Assembly (NCBI GenBank): GCA_963775475.1
Contig: CAVZIP010000002.1
Span: forward strand, 25,609 to 89,608
Direction: 5' to 3'
DNA: 64,000 nucleotides
Origin: an uncultured Solirubrobacterales bacterium
GTDB lineage: Bacteria; Actinomycetota; Thermoleophilia; Solirubrobacterales; 70-9
The notes under the pieces are model-generated. The model worked only from the letters and a program-made list of their open reading frames with translations. It did not search any database and was not told where the DNA came from. This document shows positions 36,808 through 45,532 of this stretch, piece by piece; the stretch's first letter is position 1, and each line of letters opens with the position of its first letter. Position numbers and translations under genes: made by a program.

Positions 36808-37705
36808 CGTCCGCCAGGTGTCGCCGGGCCTCTGAAATCCCTTCCTGCGCCTCGAAGCTCCCCACCTTCTTGCTCCCGAGCTTGCGGGCGTTGAACGCGG
36901 TGTAGCGGGCTGCGGCCATCGTTGCGTACGGGCGTCCCTCGCCGAATGCCAAGAGGGACTCCAGCTCGGTCGCTCCGAGCTCGAGCCCGGCTTGGCGAAA
37001 TCGCTTCGGGAGGCCGAGCTTCCAGTCGGTGCGCCCGATCGTCGGCGCCAGGGGCTGGCGGTCACACAGCTTGGCGAACTGAACCGGATCCCCGAGCATC
37101 CCCTCGAGGGCGCGCTCGTCGCTTCCGTCGACCAGCAGGACGACGTCGGTGCGGCCGCTGTAGAGGTCGACCAGGTCGCCCAGGATCTCCGCTCCGTCGA
37201 TGTAGTCCACCGCACGCTGAAGCTCGTCGAGATAGAGGATCACCGGGCCTCCGGTCCGTTCGGCGAGACACAGGGGAAGCGAGAGGATCTCGCGCGAGGG
37301 CAGCGGAGCGCCGTCACCCCCCAGCTGGCCGAGGTCGAGCGGTACCCCGCTTTCCTGGAGCAGCTTCTCGATCGTCGGACGCGCCACCCGTAGGGCCCGG
37401 AGTCCCTTGGCGGCGATCGTTGCCTGACTGGAGCGATCGATCATCTGCTGGAGAAAGGCCGTTGCTCTGTTGCGCTCCGGAACCTCGATCTGGACGACAG
37501 TTTTGCCGTCCTTTCTCATGCGATCGCAAACCGCGTTGCAGACCGTCGTCTTGCCGATGCGCCGATTGCCGGTCAGCATCGTGTGAATGCCTTCCTCCAG
37601 GCGCCGCTTGACCTCCGCGATGTCGCTGTGCCGACCGATGACCAGATCCGGAGGCACGGGGCCGCCAGCGGGGAAGAGGCTGCCGATGCGATCGTCAGTC
37701 AACAT
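36800..37705 (-). CDS. P-loop NTPase (Arch_ATPase/AAA-like)
   Basis: Walker A TGNRRIGKTT, Walker B VILYLDELQ. Preceded by an AT-rich 83-bp spacer (37706-37788). Confidence 0.75.
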   Translation of the reverse strand: MLTDDRIGSLFPAGGPVPPDLVIGRHSDIAEVKRRLEEGIHTMLTGNRRIGKTTVCNAVCDRMRKDGKTVVQIEVPERNRATAFLQQMIDRSSQATIAAKGLRALRVARPTIEKLLQESGVPLDLGQLGGDGAPLPSREILSLPLCLAERTGGPVILYLDELQRAVDYIDGAEILGDLVDLYSGRTDVVLLVDGSDERALEGMLGDPVQFAKLCDRQPLAPTIGRTDWKLGLPKRFRQAGLELGATELESLLAFGEGRPYATMAAARYTAFNARKLGSKKVGSFEAQEGISEARRHLADDD

Positions 37706-37788
37706 GGCAGGAGATTATAAGCACAAGTAATAAAGATATTACCCAGAGGTATTAAGACTTTGCGGGAACTCCGAACGGTCGTTGGGAC

Positions 37789-38988
37789 TTAGACGGTTTC
37801 GAAGACCGTTGCCAGACCCTGGCCGACGCCGACGCACATGGTGGCGATGCCGTATTTGGCGTTGCGGCGGCGCAGCTCGCGGACGAGGGTGGTGGAGAGG
37901 CGGGCGCCGGAGCAGCCGAGGGGGTGGCCGAGGGCGATGGCGCCGCCGTTGACGTTGAGGCGCTCCTCCTCGATGCCGAGCTCGCGGGCGCTGGCGAGGA
38001 CCTGGGAGGCGAAGGCCTCGTTGAGCTCGACCAAGTCGATCCGCTCCAGAGAGAGGTCGGCGGCGGCGAGGGCGCGGGGGATCGCTGCGACCGGGCCGAT
38101 GCCCATGTGGGCGGGGTCGACACCGGCGACGCCGCTGGAGACGATGCGGGCAAGTGGCTCGATGCCGAGCTGGCTCGCGCCCTCCTCGGAGCCGATCAGC
38201 AGGCAGGCGGCGCCGTCGTTGAGGGTCGAGGCGTTGCCGGCGGTGACGGTGCCGCCCTCGCGGAAGACCGGGCGCAGCTTCGCAAGCTTCTCGAGCGAGG
38301 CATCGGGGCGGGGGCCCTCGTCGGCCTCGACCAGGACCGTCTCGCGTCCCCGCGGGGCCTCGATCGGGGCGATCTCCTCGGCCAGCACGCCGGCCTCGGC
38401 GGCGGCGACGGCGCGCCGGTGGCTGCGCAGGGCGAAGGCGTCCTGGTCCTCGCGGCTGATTCCGTAGCGCTCGGCGACGTTCTCCCCGGTCTCGCCCATC
38501 GACTCGGTGGAGACGCCGAGCTCGGCCATGCGGGGGTTGACCATGCGCCAGCCCAGGGTCGTGTCGTGCATCGTCTGCGGGCCACGGGGGAGGGGGCGCT
38601 CGGGCTTCTCGACCACCCACGGCGCCCTGCTCATCGACTCGACGCCGCCGGCCAGGTAGAAGTCGCCCTCGCCGAGCTTGACCGCGCGGGCGGCGGCGTT
38701 GACGGCCTCCAGCCCGGAGGCGCAGAGGCGGTTGACGGTGGCGCCGGGAACGCTCTGCGGGAGCCCGGCCAGGAGCGCCGCCATCCGCGCCACGTCGCGG
38801 TTGTCCTCGCCCGACTGGTTGGCGGCGCCGAAGTAGACGTCGACGATCCGCTCCGGGTCGGCCCCGCTGCGCTCGACCACCGCCCGGATCGTGTGCGCGG
38901 CGAGGTCATCGGGGCGGACGCCTGAGAGGGCGCCGCGGTAGGCGCCCATCGGGGTGCGGATCGCGTCCAGTACGTATGCCTCGGCCAC
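37789..38988 (-). CDS. acetyl-CoA C-acetyltransferase (thiolase)
   Basis: AYVLDAIRTPMG..., NRLCASGLEAV (active-site Cys), GHPLGCSGARL, CVGVGQG. The GTG at 38988 is chosen to avoid the divergent gene. The track ORF extends to 39054. Confidence 0.9.
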   Translation of the reverse strand: MAEAYVLDAIRTPMGAYRGALSGVRPDDLAAHTIRAVVERSGADPERIVDVYFGAANQSGEDNRDVARMAALLAGLPQSVPGATVNRLCASGLEAVNAAARAVKLGEGDFYLAGGVESMSRAPWVVEKPERPLPRGPQTMHDTTLGWRMVNPRMAELGVSTESMGETGENVAERYGISREDQDAFALRSHRRAVAAAEAGVLAEEIAPIEAPRGRETVLVEADEGPRPDASLEKLAKLRPVFREGGTVTAGNASTLNDGAACLLIGSEEGASQLGIEPLARIVSSGVAGVDPAHMGIGPVAAIPRALAAADLSLERIDLVELNEAFASQVLASARELGIEEERLNVNGGAIALGHPLGCSGARLSTTLVRELRRRNAKYGIATMCVGVGQGLATVFETV

Positions 38989-39013
38989 TGGAGAAGAACC
39001 GTATCCTGATGGA

Positions 39014-39307
39014 ATGTGGTTCATCCTCGGGACCCTGGCCATGCTCGCGTTCATGATCGGCGTGCTGGTGCTGGTCGGTCGCTTCTACCCGGGCAGCGAC
39101 GCCGACCTGATCGACTGGAAGCCGACCCGTTCGCCCGAGGTCGAGGTGCAGAACGAGATCGACGACGTCCGCCAGATGATGGAAGCCCAGAACGAGCTGC
39201 GCCGCCGCCGCGGCGCTCCCGAGATGACCGAGGCCGAGCTGCAGGAAAAGGTCGCCGAAGACGAGCGGCTCCGCCTGCGCTGGCGCGATCCGTTCGACGC
39301 GACCTAG
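39014..39307 (+). CDS. hypothetical N-terminally membrane-anchored protein
   Basis: MWFILGTLAMLAFMIGVLVLVGRF..., followed by a charged helical region. No domain recognised. Confidence 0.5.
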   Translation: MWFILGTLAMLAFMIGVLVLVGRFYPGSDADLIDWKPTRSPEVEVQNEIDDVRQMMEAQNELRRRRGAPEMTEAELQEKVAEDERLRLRWRDPFDAT

Positions 39308-39316
39308 GCAGCCCGG

Positions 39317-39823
39317 TTGGCGCGGGCGCTGATCGTCGGCTGCGGCTGTCGCGGCAGGGAGTTGGGAGGACACCTGCTCGCCGCGGGCTGGGCGGTGCGG
39401 GGGACCAGCCGCCGTGAGGACGGCCTGGCGGCGATCGAGGCGGCCGGGATCGAGCCGGCGCTGGCCGACCCCGACCGGGTCGGGACGGTGCTCGAGCTGG
39501 TCGGCGACGTCGCCGTCGTCTGCCTCCTGCTCGGCTCTGCCGAGGGCGACGCCGGGGCGGTTGCGGCGATCCACGCGCCGCGCCTGGAGCGGCTGCTGGA
39601 AAAGCTGGTCGATACGCCGGTGCGGGGGGTGGTCTACGAGGCCGCGGGGAGCGTCGAGCCCGGCCTGCTCGAGGCTGGAGCGGAGATCGTGCGGACGGCT
39701 TCGCGCACCTGGCGGATCCCGGTGGAGATCGTCGCCGCCGAGCCGAACGATCTCGTCCGCTGGTCCCAGGAGATGGTGGACGCCGCTCTGGGCCTGCTCT
39801 CCCCGGCCGGCGAAGTCAAATAG
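39317..39823 (+). CDS. short NAD(P)-binding Rossmann-like protein
   Basis: ALIVGCGCRGRELGGHL is a GxGxxG-type dinucleotide fold. TTG start. Function unknown. Confidence 0.55.
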   Translation: MARALIVGCGCRGRELGGHLLAAGWAVRGTSRREDGLAAIEAAGIEPALADPDRVGTVLELVGDVAVVCLLLGSAEGDAGAVAAIHAPRLERLLEKLVDTPVRGVVYEAAGSVEPGLLEAGAEIVRTASRTWRIPVEIVAAEPNDLVRWSQEMVDAALGLLSPAGEVK

Positions 39824-39871
39824 CTAAGCTCGGATAGGAATTAAGGACTTTGACGCGAGAGGAGCAGTTCG

Positions 39872-40540
39872 ATGGCGCTGCAGCTTGGTGACGTAGCACC
39901 AGATTTCGAGGCCGACACGACCGAGGGCCGGATCGAGTTCCACGCCTGGATCGACGATTCGTGGGCGGTCCTGTTCTCCCATCCGAAGGACTTCACCCCG
40001 GTCTGCACGACGGAGCTCGGCTACATGGCGAGCATCGAGCCCGAGTTCAAGAAGCGCAACGTGAAGATCATCGGGCTCTCGGTCGACCCGCTCGACAAAC
40101 ACGAGGCGTGGGCGAGCGACATCGAGGCGACCCAGGGGACGGCGCCGAACTACCCGATCATCAGCGATGCCGACTTCAACGTCTCCAAGCTCTACGGGAT
40201 GCTGCCGGCCGAGGTCTCCGGCGACGCCGCCGACCGCACGCCGGTCGACAACCAGACCGTGCGCAACGTCTTCGTCATCGGCCCCGACAAGAAAGTCAAG
40301 CTCATCCTCGTCTACCCGATGACGACCGGGCGCAACTTCGACGAGGTCCTGCGAGTGATCGACTCGCTGCAGCTCACCGCCCAGCACAAAGTCGCGACCC
40401 CGGCCCAGTGGCAGCAGGGCGACGACGTGATCATCGCCGGCTCGGTCTCCAACGACCAGGCGAAAGAGATCTACCCGGATGGCTGGGAGGAGCCGCGTCC
40501 CTACATCCGCATCGTTCCGCAGCCGTCTGAGGCGCCGTAG
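39872..40540 (+). CDS. peroxiredoxin (1-Cys Prx6 type)
   Basis: LGDVAPDFEADTTEG...WAVLFSHPKDFTPVCTTELG... Confidence 0.95.
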   Translation: MALQLGDVAPDFEADTTEGRIEFHAWIDDSWAVLFSHPKDFTPVCTTELGYMASIEPEFKKRNVKIIGLSVDPLDKHEAWASDIEATQGTAPNYPIISDADFNVSKLYGMLPAEVSGDAADRTPVDNQTVRNVFVIGPDKKVKLILVYPMTTGRNFDEVLRVIDSLQLTAQHKVATPAQWQQGDDVIIAGSVSNDQAKEIYPDGWEEPRPYIRIVPQPSEAP

Positions 40541-40631
40541 CCGGCGCCTGGCGTTGTCCTCGGTCGGTCGACTGCGGGTCACGCACTGATGTGCGCTCCC
40601 CTTGTCTCCCTCCCTGCGTCCTAGCCAGGCT
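40541..40631. repeat. intergenic repeat element, copy B
   Basis: CGGCGCCTGGCGTTGTCCTCGGTCGGTCGACTGCGGGTCACGCACTGATGTGCGCTCCCCTTGTCTCCCTCCCTGCGTCCTAGCCAGGCT aligns by eye over about 90 nt with 19283-19373, including the ACGCAC-N4-GTGCG hairpin. Confidence 0.55.
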
Positions 40632-40643
40632 TGGCTACGCACC

Positions 40644-41144
40644 TCAGACCTGATCTAGCAAGTCGCCGAGGATGCGGGCCGTTGCGCCCCAGATCAGGTG
40701 GCCTTCCACCTCGTAGGTGGGGGTGTGGATGGGGACGCCGCGGCGGATCAGGCGGCGGATCTCGTAGCTCTCCCGCAGCAGGTCGAGCGAGAAGGTGAGG
40801 ACGGTCTCGACCTCGGCCGGGTTGGGCTGCAGCGACAGCTCGCCGGGGTGGGGGATGCGCCCGACGAACGGGTGGACAACGTAGTTGGTGACGAAGGTCC
40901 TGGTCGCCGGCAGGCCCTCGCCCAGCTCGACCACGGCGGGGTCGAGGCCGATCTCCTCCTCGGCCTCCCGCAGCGCGGTCGCCCTCAGGTCGGTGTCGTC
41001 GTCGTCGCGGCGGCCGCCGGGAAAGGAGATCTCGCCCGCGTGGCGGCGCAGGTCGGCCCGGCGCTCGGTGAAGACGAGCCCTGGGTCGTGCGGCCAGCCG
41101 TAGAGCGGCAGCAGCACGGCCGCCTCGACCGAGCCGCCGATCAA
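40644..41144 (-). CDS. NUDIX hydrolase, CoA pyrophosphatase-like
   Basis: Nudix box GEISFPGGRRDDDDTDLRATALREAEEEIG, preceded by the CoA-pyrophosphatase-type context FTERRADLRRHAG. Confidence 0.85.
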   Translation of the reverse strand: MIGGSVEAAVLLPLYGWPHDPGLVFTERRADLRRHAGEISFPGGRRDDDDTDLRATALREAEEEIGLDPAVVELGEGLPATRTFVTNYVVHPFVGRIPHPGELSLQPNPAEVETVLTFSLDLLRESYEIRRLIRRGVPIHTPTYEVEGHLIWGATARILGDLLDQV

Positions 41145-41953
41145 ATGATGACCTGGACGGTGCCGCCGTCGACCGACCAGGCGGCGCCGGCGACGTAGGA
41201 GGCGCGCTCGGAGCAGAGGAAGACGATCGCGCTGGCGATCTCGGCGGGGTCGGCGAGGCGGCCGATCGGGCGCTTGGAACCGGCTTCGGCCAGCGCCTCC
41301 TCACGGCTGCCGGCGCCGCTCAGGTCGCGCGATTGGTCGAGCAGGCCGCCCGGGTCCATCCACATCTCCGATTCGGTCGGGCCCGGGCAGATCGCGTTGA
41401 CGAGGACGCCGATCTTCGCGTAGCGGTCGGCGAAGAGGCGCGAGAGCGAGAGCTCCGCCGCCTTCGCCACCGAGTACTCCGGCATCGCCGCCGAGGGGCG
41501 CTTGCCGGCCGTCGAGCAGACGTTGACGACGCGCCCCCAGCCGCGCTCGGCCATTTTCGGGACGGCGGCTCGCATCGCTCGCAGCGGCGCCATCACGTTG
41601 AGCTCGTACTGGGCATACCAGTCCTCGTCGGGGACCTCGTCGAGGTGGCGCCAGGCGGCGGCGCCGGCGTTGTTGACGAGCACGTCGAGGGAGCCGAAGC
41701 GCTCGCGGGACTCGGTCAGCATCCGCTCGCCCGCATCGTTCGCGGTGATGTCGAGGACCAGCGCCCCCGCCTGCCCTCCCGCCTCGGCACCGGCGGCACC
41801 GGCTTCCGCCACCGCCTCCGCCAGTCGCTCTTCGTGGCGGCCGACCAGCAGCACGCCGGCCCCCTCGGCGCAGAGCTGGCGCGCGGTCTCGCGGCCGATG
41901 CCGCGGCTGGCGCCGGTGACGACGCAGGCGCGCCCCTTCAATCCCAGGTCCAT
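41141..41953 (-). CDS. SDR family oxidoreductase
   Basis: VVTGASRGIG cofactor motif. 270 aa, classical SDR. Confidence 0.9.
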   Translation of the reverse strand: MDLGLKGRACVVTGASRGIGRETARQLCAEGAGVLLVGRHEERLAEAVAEAGAAGAEAGGQAGALVLDITANDAGERMLTESRERFGSLDVLVNNAGAAAWRHLDEVPDEDWYAQYELNVMAPLRAMRAAVPKMAERGWGRVVNVCSTAGKRPSAAMPEYSVAKAAELSLSRLFADRYAKIGVLVNAICPGPTESEMWMDPGGLLDQSRDLSGAGSREEALAEAGSKRPIGRLADPAEIASAIVFLCSERASYVAGAAWSVDGGTVQVII

Positions 41954-42085
41954 CTAGAGGGCCTCGGCCCGGTCGCTGACGGTCACCGAGGCCTCGCCGA
42001 CGACGTCGATAACGAGCGTGTGGCCGCCCACGAGGTCGACCTCGTGGGCGAGCCCGCCGAGGCGGTGGGCGACGACCCCACGCGC

Positions 42086-42652
42086 TCAGCCTTTGCCGCG
42101 GCCCTCGAACAGGGCCGGGTCGTCGACGTCGGCGAAGCGGGCCATCGCGTAGGCGAGGTCGGAGGCGCGGTTGACGAAGTGGATCACGGTCTCGCCGCTG
42201 AGCTCGCCCGCCTCGGCGAGGGCGGAGATGCGGCGCTCGGCACGGCGGATCACCGTGCGGGCGACGTCGAGCTGGGCCGAGAGCGCGGTGCCGCCGGGGA
42301 TGACGAACTTCGGCGGCAGCTCGACCTCGGCCATGTAGCGGTCGATCAGGCGCTCCAGCTCGGCGACCATCGCCTCGGTGGTGCGGCTGACGCCGTCTTC
42401 GAGCCGCGCGGCCGCCTCCGGCGCGGTCGCCAGCTCGGCCCCGGCGACGAAGAGGTCGTCCTGGAGGCGGAGGATGTCGGCGGCCAGCTCGGCCTCGCCG
42501 GGGCCGCAGAGGGCGCGGGCGACGCCGAGTTGCGAGCAGGCCTCGTCGAGGGCGCCGTAGGCCTCGGTGCGGCCGTGGTGCTTGGGGACGCGGCCGCCGT
42601 ACCAGAGCGAGGTGGTGCCGTCGTCGCCCTTCTTCGTATAGATCTTGACCAC
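42086..42652 (-). CDS. pduO: ATP:cob(I)alamin adenosyltransferase, PduO type
   Basis: MVKIYTKKGDDGTTSL... is the canonical PduO-type N-terminus. 188 aa. Confidence 0.9.
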   Translation of the reverse strand: MVKIYTKKGDDGTTSLWYGGRVPKHHGRTEAYGALDEACSQLGVARALCGPGEAELAADILRLQDDLFVAGAELATAPEAAARLEDGVSRTTEAMVAELERLIDRYMAEVELPPKFVIPGGTALSAQLDVARTVIRRAERRISALAEAGELSGETVIHFVNRASDLAYAMARFADVDDPALFEGRGKG

Positions 42653-42671
42653 GGTGGGCTCATCCTACGTG

Positions 42672-42703
42672 GGCGCGGCCGCTGCAAACGTCGCATCTCG
42701 GCC
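42672..42703. repeat. partial copy (unit 1) of the intergenic repeat
   Basis: GGCGCGGCCGCTGCAAACGTCGCATCTCGGCC compares with GGCGCGGACGCTGCAAACCGGCGCATCTCGGCG at 19225-19257. Confidence 0.4.
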
Positions 42704-42715
42704 GTGTGTGCTTCG

Positions 42716-44005
42716 TCAGGCGACCGGGTTGAAGGCGAAGCCGGTCATTACCTTGGGGAAGAAGTAGGTCGACTTCGGCGGCATGTTCGCCTCGGTCTCG
42801 GCGACGGCCTTGACCTGCTCGACCGGGACCGGGCGCTGGACGAAGGCGACGTCGTACTCGCCGCCGTCGACCATGGCCAGGGCGTCGGGAACGCTCTTGG
42901 CGTACTCGAGGCCGCGCCGCTCGTCGATGTCGTGGTCGCTCATCCCGGCCAGGTCCTTGAGGACCAGGGTCTCGAGGATCGCCGAGTCGAGGCGGCGGTA
43001 GGCCTCGGGCTTGCCCTCGAGGCGGCGGTCCAAGGCAGCGACGTCTTTCAGCCGCAGCCGGTACGCCTGCTTGTGGAAGCTGTCGTAGAGGCCGAAGACG
43101 CCGACGCCTTCCTCGGCGGCCGGGTCGATCTCCTCGACGGCGATCTCGCTCACCTCGAACAGCTCGCGCAGGCCGTTGCCGAGGCGGCGCTGGCGCTCGG
43201 GATCGTCGGCGAAGCCGGAGAGCAGGCGGTGGGTGGGGAAGACGGTGAGGCCGGGATCGTCGAGCCCGGTCAGTGCCATCAAGGTGTAGTTGTGGGGTCC
43301 CTCGCCGCCGATCTCGTCGCGGAAGGCGCGCGCGGTCTCGTAGCGGTGGTGGCCGTCGGCGATCAGCAGTTCGGCGCCGGCCAGGCGCTCGCTGACCGCG
43401 GCGTGGACAGCCGGGTCGGTGACCTGCCAGACGCGGTTGACGGTGCCGCTCTCGTCGGTCGCCTCGCCCCAGGGCTCGGGCCCCAGCGCCGGCTCGACCA
43501 GCGGCCAGGCGTCCTCGGTGCTGAGCGAGAAGATCGGCGAGAGGTTGTAGCCGGTCGCCCGGGTCAGCAGCAGCCGGTCCTCGAGCGGGCCGGGGTGGGT
43601 GCGCTCGTGCGGGCGAACGCCTTCGTCGTAGTCGACGACCCGCACCCGGGCGAGGATCGCGTTGCGGCTGTAGCTGTTGCCGTCGGGGGCGGCGTAGTCC
43701 TGGGTCAGCGCCCAGATCGATGGCTCCGTGTCCGCGACCAGCGCGCCCTCGGAGCGCCAGGCGTCGATCGTCCGCGCCGCCTCCTCGTAGGGATCGCCCG
43801 TGGGATTGCTCGCCGGGTCGGCGGGATCGAACGGCTTCGGCAGATCGATCGCGACCGCGTTGTGGGGGGATCGGCCCAGCAGCCGGGCCCGCCCGGCGGC
43901 GTCGATCACGTCGTAGGGCGGCGCCGCGACCGCGTCCAGCGCCCCGACCGCCCCCAGGTCGTAGTGCAGCGCCTTGAACGGCTGGACGTCCGCCATGGTC
44001 GCCAA
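42716..44005 (-). CDS. DUF1015 domain-containing protein
   Basis: ...MADVQPFKALHYD...VAAPPYDVID...NAVAIDLP... is characteristic of the DUF1015 N-terminus. 429 aa. Confidence 0.85.
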   Translation of the reverse strand: MATMADVQPFKALHYDLGAVGALDAVAAPPYDVIDAAGRARLLGRSPHNAVAIDLPKPFDPADPASNPTGDPYEEAARTIDAWRSEGALVADTEPSIWALTQDYAAPDGNSYSRNAILARVRVVDYDEGVRPHERTHPGPLEDRLLLTRATGYNLSPIFSLSTEDAWPLVEPALGPEPWGEATDESGTVNRVWQVTDPAVHAAVSERLAGAELLIADGHHRYETARAFRDEIGGEGPHNYTLMALTGLDDPGLTVFPTHRLLSGFADDPERQRRLGNGLRELFEVSEIAVEEIDPAAEEGVGVFGLYDSFHKQAYRLRLKDVAALDRRLEGKPEAYRRLDSAILETLVLKDLAGMSDHDIDERRGLEYAKSVPDALAMVDGGEYDVAFVQRPVPVEQVKAVAETEANMPPKSTYFFPKVMTGFAFNPVA

Positions 44006-44058
44006 CGCTAACGGTTGCCGCCCCCCAACCCTGTGGCTCGGCTCTAGACTGGCCCGGT

Positions 44059-44132
44059 CGGGGCGTGGCGCAGCCTGGTAGCGCGCCGCCTTTGGGTGGC
44101 GGAGGTCCCCGGTTCGAATCCGGGCGCCCCGA
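44059..44132 (+). tRNA. tRNA-Pro (anticodon TGG)
   Basis: Cloverleaf read by hand: acceptor CGGGGCG/CGCCCCG, D arm GCGC-AGCCTGGTA-GCGC, anticodon arm CCGCC-TTTGGGT-GGCGG, T arm CCCGG-TTCGAAT-CCGGG. CCA is not encoded. Confidence 0.9.
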
Positions 44133-44159
44133 TTTCACTGCTCGGCCCGGCAGGGCCGA

Positions 44160-44552
44160 CTACCAAACCGTCAGCGACCGAGGCTTGTCGTGATCGCGGA
44201 TTGCTCGATCCTTGGTGACGAGGTCGAGGCCGTGCTCGATCGCCGTTGCGTAGATCAGCCGATCGGCGGGATCGCCCGGGAAGGAGGCGGGAAGGCCGAC
44301 GGCGGTGTCCGCCACCGCTGGGGTTACGCCGATCGTGCGCAGCTGTGAGGCCAGGCCGCCGAGCCAGGACCGGATCGGAACCGTGACGGCGATGCGCTCG
44401 TGTCTCGCCAGCCATGCCAGCTCATACCAGGAGATCGCCGCTACTACGAGCTCGTCTGCGCCCTCCAGGGCCTTGCGCGCGGGCGAGCTGACTCGCTTCG
44501 GCTCCGCCGACCACCAGTGGACGACGTGGGTGTCGAGAAGAACCGCGCCCAC
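44160..44552 (-). CDS. vapC: type II toxin, PIN-domain ribonuclease VapC
   Basis: LLDTHVVHWW...WYELAWL...PGDPADRLIYATAIEHGLDLVTKD fits a PIN domain with conserved acidic residues. Confidence 0.85.
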   Translation of the reverse strand: MGAVLLDTHVVHWWSAEPKRVSSPARKALEGADELVVAAISWYELAWLARHERIAVTVPIRSWLGGLASQLRTIGVTPAVADTAVGLPASFPGDPADRLIYATAIEHGLDLVTKDRAIRDHDKPRSLTVW

Positions 44553-44554
44553 GC

Positions 44555-44782
44555 CTACGCGGCGTTCCAGCGCTCGCCGGTCGAGAACAGCTGCTCCTCA
44601 TCGACCGCGGTCATCGCGACACCCTCGAACGACCCCTTCAGCGAGCGTGCGCCGGCGGCGGGTATGAGACGGGCGACCGGACGACCATGACGGGTGATCT
44701 CGATTTCTTCGCCTGCGGCGGCATCGTCCAGGAGACGAAGAATCGTCGCCTTCGCGTCGGTAGCGGTCACTTGTCTAGACAT
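44555..44782 (-). CDS. type II antitoxin, Phd/YefM family
   Basis: VTATDAKATILRLLDDAAAGEEIEITRHGRPVARLIP is the Phd/YefM pattern. It lies 2 nt upstream of vapC. Confidence 0.8.
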   Translation of the reverse strand: MSRQVTATDAKATILRLLDDAAAGEEIEITRHGRPVARLIPAAGARSLKGSFEGVAMTAVDEEQLFSTGERWNAA

Positions 44783-44805
44783 ATGGCCAGTATAGCGGCC
44801 ATGTC
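44778..44805. promoter_or_regulatory. imperfect inverted repeat over the antitoxin start codon (candidate operator)
   Basis: GACATATGGCC-N8-GGCCATGTC, with core ATGGCC/GGCCAT at 44783-44788 and 44797-44802. Confidence 0.3.
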
Positions 44806-44911
44806 AGTAGCCGCCAACCTTCCTCAGCTTCTGGGCTTCGATGAGCCCGATTTCCTCGCTGGACGTTTGTACACTCGCGTTTGCAGGAGTTTTTACCGAT
44901 AGGGACGGGGC

Positions 44912-45172
44912 ATGAACGAGAGCGACCAGATTGCGCGCCGCGTCGAGCGGGCTGTGTTCGAAACCGACAGGCAGTTAGTCATCGGCGACGTGACGCTGCC
45001 GCCGGAGGGCTATCAGGCCCGTTTCTCGGACGTGCTCAACCGGCGCGACTCCGATTTCCTCTCGCTGACCAACGTCGAAATCACCTCGCTGACCGACGGC
45101 ACAGTCAGCGAGCGGCCGTTCGCCGTCCTCTCCAAACGTCAGATTCGGATCGCCTACCCGTTCTTTGCCTGA
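44912..45172 (+). CDS. hypothetical protein
   Basis: 86-aa ORF preceded by GGGACGGGG. Moderate GC. No domain recognised. Confidence 0.5.
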   Translation: MNESDQIARRVERAVFETDRQLVIGDVTLPPEGYQARFSDVLNRRDSDFLSLTNVEITSLTDGTVSERPFAVLSKRQIRIAYPFFA

Positions 45173-45190
45173 GGCGTTGGGAGCGAGCGC

Positions 45191-45466
45191 TCAGGCGCTG
45201 CCCCGCCGCGCCCGGTCCCGGCTCGCGTAGGCGCCGAGGTCGATCACGAAGGCGAGGATGACGATGAACCACTCGAAGCCGGAGACGCGGTCGGAGCTGC
45301 TCCACATCACCGCGTAGGCCAGCGTCGTCCAGGGCAGCAGGAAGAAGCCCAGCAGGGGCACGAACCAGCTGTCGAAGGCGCGGCTGAGCAGGTCGCTGAA
45401 CAGCCACAGGGCGAACAGCGCCAGCCGTGGCGAGATGAGGGCGAAGAGGACGAGCAGGCAGCCCAC
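45191..45466 (-). CDS. small hypothetical membrane protein
   Basis: The tail of ORF 45191..46411 is hydrophobic (GCLLVLFALISPRLALFALWLF...FFLLPWTTLAYAVMW...FIVILAFVIDLGAY). The start is assumed at GTG 45466 and is uncertain. Confidence 0.4.
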   Translation of the reverse strand: MGCLLVLFALISPRLALFALWLFSDLLSRAFDSWFVPLLGFFLLPWTTLAYAVMWSSSDRVSGFEWFIVILAFVIDLGAYASRDRARRGSA

Positions 45467-45532
45467 GAGAAGACCGTACCCGCCGAAGCGGCTGGACAGC
45501 TTCCGTAACGTAGGTGGCAGGAGGTAACGCGG

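Noticed and set aside
41954-42085. A 44-codon open frame directly in frame after the pduO TGA stop and ending 1 nt before the SDR start (ARGVVAHRLGGLAHEVDLVGGHTLVIDVVGEASVTVSDRAEAL).
   Set aside because: There is no ATG, only an internal GTG giving 26 aa, and no recognisable motif. Nothing supports stop-codon read-through or selenocysteine (no SECIS-like element examined). It may be a gene remnant, but I cannot support a feature.
44044-44415. 123-aa minus-strand ORF overlapping tRNA-Pro.
   Set aside because: It runs antisense through a clear tRNA and off-frame through vapC, with Arg/Pro-rich composition.
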